Assembly: GCA_020848745.1 (NCBI GenBank)
Contig: JADLHM010000110.1
Location: forward strand, 12,688 to 76,687
Source of the DNA: Deltaproteobacteria bacterium
GTDB taxonomy: Bacteria; Desulfobacterota; Binatia; UTPRO1
DNA length: 64,000 nucleotides
Direction: 5' to 3'
Shown here piece by piece: positions 28,492 to 38,744 of this stretch; positions within the stretch are counted from its first letter, which is position 1; every line of letters begins with the position of its first letter. The notes beneath the pieces are model-generated. The model ran no database searches. It had not been told where the DNA came from and worked only from the letters and a program-made list of their open reading frames with translations. A program made the translations under genes and the position numbers.

Positions 28492-30209
28492 TGGCGGACC
28501 TGTCGTTCGACGCCGTCATCGTCGGGGGCGGTAACAAGGCGCTTCTGCTCGCGCTCTATCTCATCAAGTACGGCGGCATGAGCGTCGGCATCTTCGAACG
28601 GCGGCACGAGATCGGCGGTTGCTTGGCTACCGAGGAGCTCGCGGCTCCCGGCTTTCGCGGGAACACGCACGCGAACATCATCCTCCCCTGGTATTACGCG
28701 CCGATCTGGCGCGATTTCCCCCAGTTCTGGGACTACGGCGCGCAATGGGAGCAGCATACGTGCAGCGACGGATTCGTCTTCAAGGACAAGCAAAACTGCC
28801 TCGCGATCTACAGCGAGAAGCACGATCCCACGTGGGAGCGCACGGCGCAGGAAATCGCCCGCTTCTCGCAGCGGGACGCTGACACCTGGCGAAAGCTCCA
28901 CGCGATCTCCGAATCCGAGGAGTACAAGCGCGTGCTCATCGACTCGCTGTTCTTGCCGGCGGAAGACCGGCTCACCGGCGCCGTCGAGGAACGCAAGATG
29001 ATGATGTTCCCTGGGCTGATGGCCGCCGGCCTGGTTCCCGATTCTTTGTCCATGAAGGCGAGCGGCCTGCGCGCGGCCCAGGAATGGTTCGACAGCCCGG
29101 AGCTGCAGTCCTGCGTGCTGCGCTTCGCCGTGTCGTCCGTCATCGACATCAACGAGCCGGGCTTGGGCATGTACACGATGGGGATGGCGCTGACCCTGCC
29201 GACGATCGGCTTCAATCGCGGCGGCACGCATCAGATCGCGCACGCTGCCCATCAGATCCTCGTCCAGAGCGGATGCCGGTTCTTCACCAACGTGGAGGTG
29301 CAGCGCGCCGTCATCGAGAACGGGACGGTGACCGGCATCCGGCTCGCCGACGGCACCGAGGTCGCCGCCCGCAAGCTCGTGGTGAGCACGCTCTCGCCGC
29401 GGCAGCTGATCTTCGAGCTGATCGGCGAACAGCATTGCGACGCCACGTTGAAGAAGCGCGTCGACCTCCTGGATGACACGTTCGGCTGCCTGATGTGGTA
29501 CAGCTTCGCGGTTCACGAGGCGCCGTCGTACGAGGCCGAGCGCTTCAACCCCGACATCCACGAATGCCAGTGGCTGGGAATGCAGCCGGATCCCGACCCC
29601 ATGCACATCGCGCGCGAGTGCATGTACCAGAAGCTCGGGAAGTTCCCTCCGCTGGAGGATTATGCGCCCACGGTCGGCTGTCACAGCCTCGTGGATCCGG
29701 CCTTCGCGCCGCCCGGGAAGCACGTGGTGTTCAACGAGCAGCTCGGTCCGCCCGCCGGCGCGCACACCGAGAAGGAGTGGTTGGAGATCAAGAAGCGCTA
29801 TGCGGACGAGCTGATCGGCCTCTGGCAGGACTACGCACCGAACATGACCTGGGACAACGTGATCGGCGTCGACACGAACACGTCGTATGACCACAGGCGA
29901 ATGCGCAACCTGGGCATCAACGGAACGATGGCCGGCATCGATCGGTCCCCGTTCCAGATCGAAGAGAACCGTCCGACGCCGGAGCTCGCCAACCATCGCA
30001 CGCCCATCAAGAACCTCTACGCCACGGGCGGCGCGTGGCACGTCGGATCCAATGCCGGCTCGACCGAGGCGTACAACTGCTACCGCGTCATCGCCAAGGA
30101 CCTCGGGCTCGGGAAGCCGTGGGAGGAACCCGGCAAGGAAGAGCCCGATTCGCTCGTCGCGCAGCTCGCGATCGTGAAGCAGCGGGTACGGGAGGCGTGC
30201 CGCCGATAG
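28491..30209 (+). CDS. phytoene desaturase (CrtI/CrtD)-family FAD-dependent oxidoreductase, paralog A
   Basis: 572 aa from MADLSFDAVIVGGGNKALLLALYL (GxGxxG FAD fold, EIGGC). C-terminal NLYATGG FAD-binding motif. Real start inside ORF 28356..30209. Confidence 0.8.
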   Translation: MADLSFDAVIVGGGNKALLLALYLIKYGGMSVGIFERRHEIGGCLATEELAAPGFRGNTHANIILPWYYAPIWRDFPQFWDYGAQWEQHTCSDGFVFKDKQNCLAIYSEKHDPTWERTAQEIARFSQRDADTWRKLHAISESEEYKRVLIDSLFLPAEDRLTGAVEERKMMMFPGLMAAGLVPDSLSMKASGLRAAQEWFDSPELQSCVLRFAVSSVIDINEPGLGMYTMGMALTLPTIGFNRGGTHQIAHAAHQILVQSGCRFFTNVEVQRAVIENGTVTGIRLADGTEVAARKLVVSTLSPRQLIFELIGEQHCDATLKKRVDLLDDTFGCLMWYSFAVHEAPSYEAERFNPDIHECQWLGMQPDPDPMHIARECMYQKLGKFPPLEDYAPTVGCHSLVDPAFAPPGKHVVFNEQLGPPAGAHTEKEWLEIKKRYADELIGLWQDYAPNMTWDNVIGVDTNTSYDHRRMRNLGINGTMAGIDRSPFQIEENRPTPELANHRTPIKNLYATGGAWHVGSNAGSTEAYNCYRVIAKDLGLGKPWEEPGKEEPDSLVAQLAIVKQRVREACRR

Positions 30210-30235
30210 GCGTCGCCGCGGCGAAGGTCCGAGAC

Positions 30236-31861
30236 ATGACGCAGACCTACGACGTCATCATCATCGGCAGCGGACCCAATGGGCTCGCGATCGCCGCCTA
30301 TCTCAGCAAGGCCGGGCAGAAGGTTCTGTTGCTGGAGAAGCGCCACGAAGCCGGCGGCGGTCTCGCGACCGAACAGGTCACGATCCCCGACTTCTACCAC
30401 AACACGCACGCCGTCTACATGATGATGGTGGACTACGCGCCGGTGTACCGGGACTTCGGCTTCGAGGAGCGCGGCGTCCGACACATCTATCCGGAGCTGC
30501 AGGTGGCGCTGTCGCTCGCCGACGGCCGCGCGCTCGCGATCTACCGCGATCTCGAGCGGACCTGCGCGTCGATCGCCGCGTTCTCGAAGCGCGACGCGGA
30601 CAGCTACCGCGACATGCAGCGCGAGCACGGCGAGCTAATGGAGAACATCCTTGCGCCGCAGACCTACGTGCCGATGGATGCCGCGCCGCTGATGGCCGCC
30701 AAAGCGGAGCTGACGGAGCTCGGCCGCGTGCTGTCCGCGTACACCGACAAGACTCCCGAGGAGATCGTCTGCGAGCGGTTCGAGGACGAGCACGTCCGGA
30801 CCCTGATGCTCTACATGGCGTGTCATTGGGGTCTCGACTACGCGCAATCCGGCGTCAGCTACATGGTGCCGATCTATCTCGATCGGATGCGCCACTACCG
30901 CCTCACGGCGGGCGGGTCGCACCGGGCGGCGAGCGTGCTGCTCAGGGCGACCTTCGAGCACGGGGGACAGATCCGGACCACCGCTCAGATCCGGCGCATC
31001 ATCGTGGAGAACGGCGCCGCCACGGGCGTAGAGCTGGAGGATGGCACGCAGTTCCTCGCGGCCAAGGCGGTGGTGAGCACCATCGACCCCCATCAGACGT
31101 TCTTGAGGTACGTCGGGGAGGACGCGCTCGATCGCGAGTTCGTCGAGATGATCAATCTGTGGCAGTGGGAAAAGTGGAGCCTCTGCGTTCAGCATCTGGC
31201 GCTGGCCGAGCCGCCGCGATTCAAGGCCGCCGAGTCCTGCCCCGATCTCGATCGCGCCTTCATCCACGTCCTCGGCTACGAGAGCCTCGCCGATCTGAAG
31301 GGACACTGGGATGCCATGAGCGCGGGAACCCTGCCGGCCCAGGCGGGATTCAACTGCTGCTTCCCGAGCGTTCACGATCCGTATCAGGCGCCGCCCGGTC
31401 GCGCGTCGGGGTTGCTCTCGCAGATGGCGCCGTTCGAGCTCTGCGACGGCGGCTCGGAACGCTGGCTGAGCCACCGGTTTCGCGAGGAGGCGGCCGAGCG
31501 GCAGATCGGCGTCCTGCAGCGCTACGCCCCCAACGTCACCAGGGACAAGGTACTCTGGACCTACCTCACGACGCCCGCGGACATCGAGAACAAGTTCGCG
31601 AACATGGTGCGCGGGAGCTACAAGCAGGGGGCCTATCACCCGCTGCAGATGGGCTACCTCAGGCCGAATCAGGAGTGCTCGCAGTATCGCACGCCCGTGG
31701 AGAACCTCTATCTCGGCGGTGCGAGCGTCGCTCCCGGGGGCATGGTGCTCTTCGGGCCCGGCTACAACTGTGCCAACGCCATCGCCGAGGATTTCGGCAT
31801 CCAGAAATGGTGGACGGAGCCGGAGTACGTCACGGCGGCAAGAGAGAACGGGTACGTCTAA
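30236..31861 (+). CDS. phytoene desaturase-family FAD-dependent oxidoreductase, paralog B
   Basis: 541 aa from MTQTYDVIIIGSGPNGLAIAAYL...EAGGGLATE. Shares HNTHAVYMMMVDYAPVYRDFG and YRTPVENLY blocks with paralog D. Confidence 0.8.
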   Translation: MTQTYDVIIIGSGPNGLAIAAYLSKAGQKVLLLEKRHEAGGGLATEQVTIPDFYHNTHAVYMMMVDYAPVYRDFGFEERGVRHIYPELQVALSLADGRALAIYRDLERTCASIAAFSKRDADSYRDMQREHGELMENILAPQTYVPMDAAPLMAAKAELTELGRVLSAYTDKTPEEIVCERFEDEHVRTLMLYMACHWGLDYAQSGVSYMVPIYLDRMRHYRLTAGGSHRAASVLLRATFEHGGQIRTTAQIRRIIVENGAATGVELEDGTQFLAAKAVVSTIDPHQTFLRYVGEDALDREFVEMINLWQWEKWSLCVQHLALAEPPRFKAAESCPDLDRAFIHVLGYESLADLKGHWDAMSAGTLPAQAGFNCCFPSVHDPYQAPPGRASGLLSQMAPFELCDGGSERWLSHRFREEAAERQIGVLQRYAPNVTRDKVLWTYLTTPADIENKFANMVRGSYKQGAYHPLQMGYLRPNQECSQYRTPVENLYLGGASVAPGGMVLFGPGYNCANAIAEDFGIQKWWTEPEYVTAARENGYV

Positions 31862-31874
31862 TGCAGGAGCGTGT

Positions 31875-33596
31875 ATGAGCAAGGACGAGCGGTTCGACAT
31901 CGTCATCATCGGCGCCGGTCCCAACGGGATGGCGACGGCCGCCTATCTCGCCAAGTGCGGCCTCAGCGTGTGCGTGCTCGAGGAACGCACGGAATGCGGC
32001 GGGGCCTGCGAAACGCAGGAGCCGATCCCCGGCGTGCGCATCTATCCGCACGCGGTGCTGATGTACGCGTCGCCGGCGCCGGGATTCGATCAGCTGGAGC
32101 TGCACAAGTACGGCTTCCGCATGACCTGGTGGCCCGGATACGGCGCCAACGAAGATACCGCCGCGCTGGCATGCACCGACGGGTGGCGGCCGATTTCCGC
32201 CCAGGACAAGATGGGATGGGCGAAGATCGGCGGACTCCTCGGCTCACCGCCGTTCACGCGGGAGCTGATGCGCGCCACTTTCTGGTGTCCGCCGCATCCT
32301 CGCGGGGTCGAGGTCACGGACGACAACGTGCCGTACATGCAGGTGTACAAGCAGCACCAGCCCGACATGTACACGCACGAGCTCCGGGAGATGACGATGC
32401 TCGATCTCCTCGACGAGCACTGCGAGACCGAGCACTTCAAGGCCGCCATGGCCTTCGCGGCGTGGGCGTCCGGAGCCGCGGGCCACTGGGAAGGCGTCGC
32501 GATTCCGGCGGCGCTGTGCGTGCAACTCCTCACGATGCCGAACACCGGGCAGAACAGCATCCCGCGGGGCGGCCTGCACGGCTATTTCCACGCCATCCAT
32601 CGCGCCGCCGTGCACAAGGGGGCGGTCGTCCGGACGTGTTGTCCGGTCGAGGAGATCATCATCGAGGACGGGCGGGCCGTCGGCGTGCGGCTGCGCGAGA
32701 CCGCGGCGTGGGGCGGACGAACGATCCGCGCCAACAAGGCCGTGATCGCGGCGATCGACGTGCACCAGGCCTTCCTCAAGATGATCGGCCCACGGCACCT
32801 GGACCCCGGGTTCATCCAGAAGATCCGGGACATCAGCCTGAAGAACCAGACCCTCTACGTGTCCGTCTTCCACACCAAGACGCAGCTGCGATTGAAGCCG
32901 ACGTGGGCCCGGGACGAACGCGTGACGGGACCCAACAAACAGCCGTTCCTCGGCATCTACCCCTGCGACTCGCGCGAGATCTACTACGAGAACGTCGCCG
33001 ACGTGGACGGCCGCAAGGGACAACCGACGGTACCTCCGGAGCGTGCGATGTGGTTCCAGGCGCCGCCGCAGAACTTCGATCCGACCGACTGCCAGGCGAA
33101 CTACCCGCCCTCACGCGGCTACATTTCGCAATCGTACGAGATGGCGGTCACGTCACCCGACTACCATCAAGAAGGGGAAGACGCGCCGGACAAGTACAAG
33201 GCCGAGATGGATGCGTACATGCGGAAGTCCTACGGCCAGATGCTGGACGGCCTCGAGGACGACAACGTCATCCACCATTGGAGTGCCACCGGTCGCGACG
33301 TGGAGTTCCGTAACTCCGGCATCATCGGCGGTACGTGGTGCGGCAGTCGCCACGACGAGGACCAGCTGTGGACGAATCGACCGATCCCCGAGTTGGCGCG
33401 CTACCGGACGCCGATCGAGGGGCTCTATCACGCGCATCAGACCTCGGGGCACCCCGGCGGGCTCTGCCTCATGGCCATTCCCTACAACCTGATGCACATC
33501 CTCATCGAGGACGGCATCGCCGAGCCTGGTGACTGGTGGTACGCGTCGCCCTGGTACATTCCGGAGCAGGGCAAGATTTCCGCGCGCCGCGGCTGA
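31875..33596 (+). CDS. phytoene desaturase-family FAD-dependent oxidoreductase, paralog C
   Basis: 573 aa from MSKDERFDIVIIGAGPNGMATAAYL with AGGAGC RBS. C-terminal YRTPIEGLY. Most divergent of the A-D group. Confidence 0.8.
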   Translation: MSKDERFDIVIIGAGPNGMATAAYLAKCGLSVCVLEERTECGGACETQEPIPGVRIYPHAVLMYASPAPGFDQLELHKYGFRMTWWPGYGANEDTAALACTDGWRPISAQDKMGWAKIGGLLGSPPFTRELMRATFWCPPHPRGVEVTDDNVPYMQVYKQHQPDMYTHELREMTMLDLLDEHCETEHFKAAMAFAAWASGAAGHWEGVAIPAALCVQLLTMPNTGQNSIPRGGLHGYFHAIHRAAVHKGAVVRTCCPVEEIIIEDGRAVGVRLRETAAWGGRTIRANKAVIAAIDVHQAFLKMIGPRHLDPGFIQKIRDISLKNQTLYVSVFHTKTQLRLKPTWARDERVTGPNKQPFLGIYPCDSREIYYENVADVDGRKGQPTVPPERAMWFQAPPQNFDPTDCQANYPPSRGYISQSYEMAVTSPDYHQEGEDAPDKYKAEMDAYMRKSYGQMLDGLEDDNVIHHWSATGRDVEFRNSGIIGGTWCGSRHDEDQLWTNRPIPELARYRTPIEGLYHAHQTSGHPGGLCLMAIPYNLMHILIEDGIAEPGDWWYASPWYIPEQGKISARRG

Positions 33597-33620
33597 CGCT
33601 CGAGAAGGACGAGGCCGACG

Positions 33621-35303
33621 ATGCCAAATTTCAAGTACACCTCCGAGTTCACCTTCGACCCGAGCAATCCCTTCGGGCACATGCAGGAAGAGTTTCCGCG
33701 GGAGAGCGAGTTCGACGTCGTAATCATCGGCGCCGGTCCCAACGGTCTCATCGCCGGCGCCTACCTCGCCCGGGCGGGCCTGAGCGTCGCCGTCTGCGAG
33801 CGTCGCTTCGAGGCGGGTGGCGGTCTGGCCACCGAGGAGAACCTCTACCCCTGCTACTCCTCCAACCCGCACGTGCTCTACCACATGATGGTGGACTACA
33901 TGCCGGCGATCCGGGACTTCGAGCTCGAAGCGCCCGCGGTGACGTGGATCAAGCCCAATCGCCAGACGGGGATGCTGTTCGAAGACGGCTCCTCCGTGCT
34001 CCTGGCCCGCATGACCCAGGACACCAAGGATTCGATCAGCAAGTATTCCTTCAAGGACGCCGGCACCTTCGGCCGGGTGATTCGCGATTGGCGGCGGATC
34101 GTCGACGACATCATCGCGCCCGCCACCTACATCCCGCCCATGGCGCCGATCGAGATCACCATGGCCATGCAACGCACCAAGGTCGGGCAGCAGATGCTGG
34201 AGCTCGGGGAGCTGAGCCCGTTGCAGCTCATCACGGAGACCTTCGAGCACGACAAGGTCCGTGCCCTGATGCTGTACGCGACCTGCATGTGGGGACTCGA
34301 CCCGCGCGAGACCGGCCTCGGCTTCATGGTTCCGCTCATGCTCGATCGCGCCATGAACAAGTGTTACTGCTACGGCGGCTCCCACAAGTTCGGGAGCGCG
34401 CTGGCGCGACAGGTCGTAAAGTACGGCGGCGTGATCCTCGACGCCGCCACCGTCGACCGGATCATCGTCGAGAACGGCCGCGCGGTCGGCGTGCACATCG
34501 TGCACGAGGATCGCGTGCTGCGAGCCAAGGCGGTGATGTCCACGCTGGACCCGCATACGACGTTCCTCGACATGGTCGGCGAGGCGGCGCTGCCGACATC
34601 GCTCCGGGACGCGGTGAAGGGGTGGGCGTGGGACAAGTGGAGCTTCAACACCCTCCACATCGCGGCCGACGAGGCGCCCAAGTACGTCACCGACGATCCG
34701 TGGATCAACGAGGCGTTCGCCACCGTCGTCGGCATCGAGGGCGTCGAAAGCCTGCTCACCCACTGGGACAACGTCACGCAGGGCAGGCTCGACCTGAACA
34801 ACTTCGGCGGCCACTCGACCTGCGAGAGCCTGTTCGATCCCACGCTGAGCGACCGTCCGGGAAAATTCGTCTCGATGTTCCAGATCCATGCGCCCTACGG
34901 GCTCGAGGGCGGCTGGGTGAATCGTCGCGACGAGATCAAGGCGGCCATGCTCGCCAAGTGGCAGAAGGCGGCGCCCAATCTCGCCGGCACGATCATCAGC
35001 ACGGCGATGGAGGACCCCGAGGAAATCGAGATCCGCTTTCCGAACATGCGGCGCGGGTCGATCAAGCACGGCGACTATCGGCCCTTGCAGATGGGGTGCT
35101 ACCGGCCCAATCAAGAGTGCTCGAGCACCGCCACGCCGATCGAAGGCCTCTACGTTTGCGGGGTCTCGACCTATCCCGGAGGCCTCGTCCTCGGTGGTCC
35201 GGGGTATCTCGGTGCCAACCGTGTGGCGGAGGATCTCGGCGTCCCGAAGTGGTGGAAGCCGACCCCGGTCATGGAACGGTACATCAAGACGTACCTCGAA
35301 TGA
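33621..35303 (+). CDS. phytoene desaturase-family FAD-dependent oxidoreductase, paralog D
   Basis: 560 aa. FDVVIIGAGPNGLIAGAYL...EAGGGLATEE. HVLYHMMVDYMPAIRDFE. C-terminal ATPIEGLYVCG. Confidence 0.8.
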   Translation: MPNFKYTSEFTFDPSNPFGHMQEEFPRESEFDVVIIGAGPNGLIAGAYLARAGLSVAVCERRFEAGGGLATEENLYPCYSSNPHVLYHMMVDYMPAIRDFELEAPAVTWIKPNRQTGMLFEDGSSVLLARMTQDTKDSISKYSFKDAGTFGRVIRDWRRIVDDIIAPATYIPPMAPIEITMAMQRTKVGQQMLELGELSPLQLITETFEHDKVRALMLYATCMWGLDPRETGLGFMVPLMLDRAMNKCYCYGGSHKFGSALARQVVKYGGVILDAATVDRIIVENGRAVGVHIVHEDRVLRAKAVMSTLDPHTTFLDMVGEAALPTSLRDAVKGWAWDKWSFNTLHIAADEAPKYVTDDPWINEAFATVVGIEGVESLLTHWDNVTQGRLDLNNFGGHSTCESLFDPTLSDRPGKFVSMFQIHAPYGLEGGWVNRRDEIKAAMLAKWQKAAPNLAGTIISTAMEDPEEIEIRFPNMRRGSIKHGDYRPLQMGCYRPNQECSSTATPIEGLYVCGVSTYPGGLVLGGPGYLGANRVAEDLGVPKWWKPTPVMERYIKTYLE

Positions 35304-35743
35304 TGGATTCCACGGAGCGGACATCCCTTGCGGCGCAATTCGAGCGCCACGCGGACGAAGAGGGGAAGATCCTGGCGGAGTATCGCGTCCTCGCCGAGAA
35401 GCTCGGAAGCGGCGCCGCGGGGAACCTCGTGAGCCACATCTTGACCGAAGAGGAGCTCCATCACCTCCTCTTGCGGACCCTGGCGACGTGGCTGCGTGCG
35501 GCCCCCGCGGAGCACGCGCGCGCGATTCCACCGGAGGCCGATCGTGCCGAGTTGCTCCGCCTGACGAAGCTCCTCCGCAAGCACGAGCTCGAGACCATCG
35601 AGGCGTGCCGCGACACCCAGGCGCGATTGGCTGGTGCCGGCGACGACGGCGCAATCGTCGGCATCTTGCTGGAGGCCATGACCATGGATAGCGAGAAGCA
35701 CCATCGGTTGCTCGGCGCCGTGGAGCGGATGCTGACGAGCTGA
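35303..35743 (+). CDS. small ferritin-like four-helix-bundle protein with duplicated E..EExHH motifs (putative diiron protein)
   Basis: 146 aa from MDSTERT. ATG overlaps the paralog D stop (TGATG). Two repeats: AEYRVLAEKL...TEEELHH and ETIEACRD...DSEKHH. C-terminal part of artefactual ORF 33536..35743. Confidence 0.55.
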   Translation: MDSTERTSLAAQFERHADEEGKILAEYRVLAEKLGSGAAGNLVSHILTEEELHHLLLRTLATWLRAAPAEHARAIPPEADRAELLRLTKLLRKHELETIEACRDTQARLAGAGDDGAIVGILLEAMTMDSEKHHRLLGAVERMLTS

Positions 35744-35755
35744 GGAGATCCGCCA

Positions 35756-37237
35756 ATGGATGCACGGCACTACGACGCGATCGTGATCGGGAGCGGCCCC
35801 GGTGGCCTTTCGTGTGCGACGCTCCTCCAGAAGCGAGGCATCGCCACCCTGTTGGTCGAGAAGAACGGCTTCCTCGGCGGCAAGATGGTGAGCGTCAAGA
35901 AGGACGGCTACGCCTACGACCTCTTTCCTCACGGGCAGGTCCCCATGCGCCAGCCCGCCTTCGAGTCGATCTTCGTAGAGCTCGGTGTCGGTGACGAGTT
36001 CCGGCCGGCGCTGCAGCCCGACGACACGCGGGACGTCATCAAGATCTGCTACCGCCGCCGGGACTGGAAGGACTACAAGCTCGCCGCGCAGTCGCAGGCG
36101 ATGACCGACGCCACCCCGTTCTTTCGGCTGTGGGAGATCGACGAAGAGGCCCAGCAAAAGGTCGTCGCGATCATGGCCGAGATCGCGACGATGCCCGACG
36201 AGCAGGTCGATACGCTCGACGGCGTCAGCATGCACGAGTTCCTGGCGCGCCGCGACACGCCGGAGGCGCTCTACAGCTACATGGCGTTTCACGCCAACGC
36301 GTCGCTTGCCGAGCCGATCGATCTCGTGGCGGCATCGGAGCAGATTCGCATCCTCAAGCAGATCATGCTGCAGGGAGGAGGCGGCCAATACAAAGGCGGC
36401 TTCGGCTTGCTCACCGACGTCATGGCGCGCGAGTTCGAAAAGAACGGCGGTGTCATCGTCCGCAGCGCCAAGGTCGAGAAGATCATCGTCGAGGACGGCG
36501 CCGTCACCGGCGTGACGACGACGAAGGGGACGTTCGCGGCACGGGTCGTGGTGAGCAGCGCCGGCATCCAGCCGACGGTCCTGAAGCTGGTCGACGCGCA
36601 GCACTTCGATCGCAGCTACCTGAACTACATCAAGGGACTGGCTCCCGGCTGGGGATTCACCAGCATCCGCTACTTCCTGAACAAGCCCGTCATGGACGTA
36701 CCCATGTACGTCGCCTACTCGGACGACAGTTGGTGGAACATGGAGCGCTTCCGGCGCGTCAAGGAGGGTCGGATTCCCGACGAGGTGATCCTCTTCATGT
36801 GCAACCACTCTTTCTACGACGAAGAGGCGGCGCCGCCCGGCAAGCAGGTCCTGGTTTCCGGGACCATCTGCTCACCCAATCCCGAAGCCGAGGAGATCGC
36901 GGGATTGTGGAAGCGCATGGACGAGCAGATGGTGAAGTTCTTTCCGGAGATCTGGAACGCGATCGAACGCAAGGAGTACGCCGGGCCGCGCGACATCAGC
37001 AAGATGACCCGCGACGGCGTGCTCCCCGGTCAGGGCGGCGAGTGCGTCGGCCTCGGGCAGATCGTCGGCCAGTGCGGCAAGATGAAGCCCGACCCGGCCG
37101 CACCCATTCGCGGCCTCTACTACGCGGGAGCCGATGCCGGTGGTGCCGGTATGGGCACGCATCAGGCGGCCTGTTCGGGGATCGAGGTGGCGCGGTTGGT
37201 CGGACACTTTCTCAACAAGCTCCACAAGACCCAGTAA
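35756..37237 (+). CDS. phytoene desaturase-family FAD-dependent oxidoreductase, paralog F
   Basis: 493 aa. MDARHYDAIVIGSGPGGLSCATLL...FLGGK. C-terminal GLGQIVGQCG...GLYYAGADAGG shared with paralog G. Confidence 0.8.
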   Translation: MDARHYDAIVIGSGPGGLSCATLLQKRGIATLLVEKNGFLGGKMVSVKKDGYAYDLFPHGQVPMRQPAFESIFVELGVGDEFRPALQPDDTRDVIKICYRRRDWKDYKLAAQSQAMTDATPFFRLWEIDEEAQQKVVAIMAEIATMPDEQVDTLDGVSMHEFLARRDTPEALYSYMAFHANASLAEPIDLVAASEQIRILKQIMLQGGGGQYKGGFGLLTDVMAREFEKNGGVIVRSAKVEKIIVEDGAVTGVTTTKGTFAARVVVSSAGIQPTVLKLVDAQHFDRSYLNYIKGLAPGWGFTSIRYFLNKPVMDVPMYVAYSDDSWWNMERFRRVKEGRIPDEVILFMCNHSFYDEEAAPPGKQVLVSGTICSPNPEAEEIAGLWKRMDEQMVKFFPEIWNAIERKEYAGPRDISKMTRDGVLPGQGGECVGLGQIVGQCGKMKPDPAAPIRGLYYAGADAGGAGMGTHQAACSGIEVARLVGHFLNKLHKTQ

Positions 37238-37271
37238 TCCCGTTCGGATTGCGAACAGAGCGAGGTGTGAG

Positions 37272-38744
37272 ATGGCAGAGACATCGTACGACGTGATCGT
37301 GATCGGAGCGGGCTTCGGCGGCAGTGCGTGCGCCGGTCTGCTGGCAAAGCGCGGGCTCCGGGTCCTCCTCGTCGAGAAGAACGCCAGGGCCGGCGGCAAG
37401 GCGATGAGCCTCAGCAAGCACGGCTTCACCTACACCGCGTGGGTCGTCATCGGCGCCCCGGTGATCGGCAACCTCTACGAGGCCGTAGCGAAGGAGCTCG
37501 GCGTGGAGGATCTCGTCCAACTGGTCACGCCCGGCGCTCCCGCGAGCCTCTACAAAACCTCGTCGGGCGCGTACACGCGGGTGCCCGACATGCCCGTCGG
37601 ACAGACCGACCCGATGCAGATCTTCGACTGGCTCGAGGTCGCGCCCGCCGATCGGGATGCGGCCCTGATGTTCTTCGCCGGACTGACGATGATGCCGCCC
37701 GAGGAGATCGCGAAACTCCACGGCGTCAGCTTCCAGGACTGGATCGAACGTCAGCACATTCCGCGTTCGCTCTACGCGTTCCTGGTGAGCAATTGCTGCG
37801 ACGGCATGTTCATGGTGCCGGTCGACCAACTGGATGCGGCGGAGGCCATCGCGAGCCTGCAGGACATGTTTCTCCGGCACGGAGGCATGTTCTGTCGAGG
37901 CGGCTTCGGCCGTGTCGCCGAGGCGTATTGCGAGGCGGTGCGCCGCTTCGGCGGCACCGTGCTGATGAAGACCAAGACCGAACGCATCCTCGTGGAGGAC
38001 GGCGCGGTCGCCGGGGTCGTCACCAGCGCCGGGACGTTCCGCGCCCCGATCGTCATCAGCAACGCCGGCCTGCAGCCGACGGTCCTGAGATTGCTCGGCG
38101 AGCGAGACTGTCCGCCCGAATACCGGGAATACGTCGAGCGTCTGGTCCCCTCGTGGTCGCTGCTCGGGTATCGCTATTTCCTGCGCCGACCGGTGATCGA
38201 TGCCGCGTTCGGCGTGGTGTTCTCGGACACCAGCCCGTGGACTCTCGATCGGCTCGAGAAGGCGCATGCCGGCCAGGCCTCACGTGAAGGCGTCGTCTAC
38301 TTCGAGGTTCCATCGAACTACGATCCGGAAGCGGCTCCCGCCGGCAAGCAGATGGTGCTGACGGGCTCCTTCTGCCCGCCGAGTCCGCAGATGACGCGCG
38401 CGGAGATCGAGGCCTGGGCCCAGGCCGGGGAGGACGTGATCTTCAAGGCGTTCCCCGCGCTGGAAGACGCCATCGAGGAGAAGGAGCTCTACACGCCGAA
38501 GGACGTCTCCAACCTCACGCGCGAGTCCGCGATCCATGGCCACGGCGGCGAGACCATCGGCCTCGGGCAGATCGTCGGCCAGTGCGGGCCGAGCAAGCCG
38601 TCCATCCAGGCTCCGGTTCGCGGCCTGTTCGTCGTCGGCTGCGACGCCGGTGGAAGTGGCGTCGGGACGCAGCAGGCGATCGCCTCGGGGAGGAACGTCG
38701 CTGAGGCCGTGTTCCGCCACCATCACGCGTCGCGGGCCGCGTGA
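37272..38744 (+). CDS. phytoene desaturase-family FAD-dependent oxidoreductase, paralog G
   Basis: 490 aa from MAETSYDVIVIGAGFGGSACAGLL (GAGGTG RBS). C-terminal GLGQIVGQCG...GLFVVGCDAGG. Start inside ORF 37134..38744. Confidence 0.8.
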   Translation: MAETSYDVIVIGAGFGGSACAGLLAKRGLRVLLVEKNARAGGKAMSLSKHGFTYTAWVVIGAPVIGNLYEAVAKELGVEDLVQLVTPGAPASLYKTSSGAYTRVPDMPVGQTDPMQIFDWLEVAPADRDAALMFFAGLTMMPPEEIAKLHGVSFQDWIERQHIPRSLYAFLVSNCCDGMFMVPVDQLDAAEAIASLQDMFLRHGGMFCRGGFGRVAEAYCEAVRRFGGTVLMKTKTERILVEDGAVAGVVTSAGTFRAPIVISNAGLQPTVLRLLGERDCPPEYREYVERLVPSWSLLGYRYFLRRPVIDAAFGVVFSDTSPWTLDRLEKAHAGQASREGVVYFEVPSNYDPEAAPAGKQMVLTGSFCPPSPQMTRAEIEAWAQAGEDVIFKAFPALEDAIEEKELYTPKDVSNLTRESAIHGHGGETIGLGQIVGQCGPSKPSIQAPVRGLFVVGCDAGGSGVGTQQAIASGRNVAEAVFRHHHASRAA

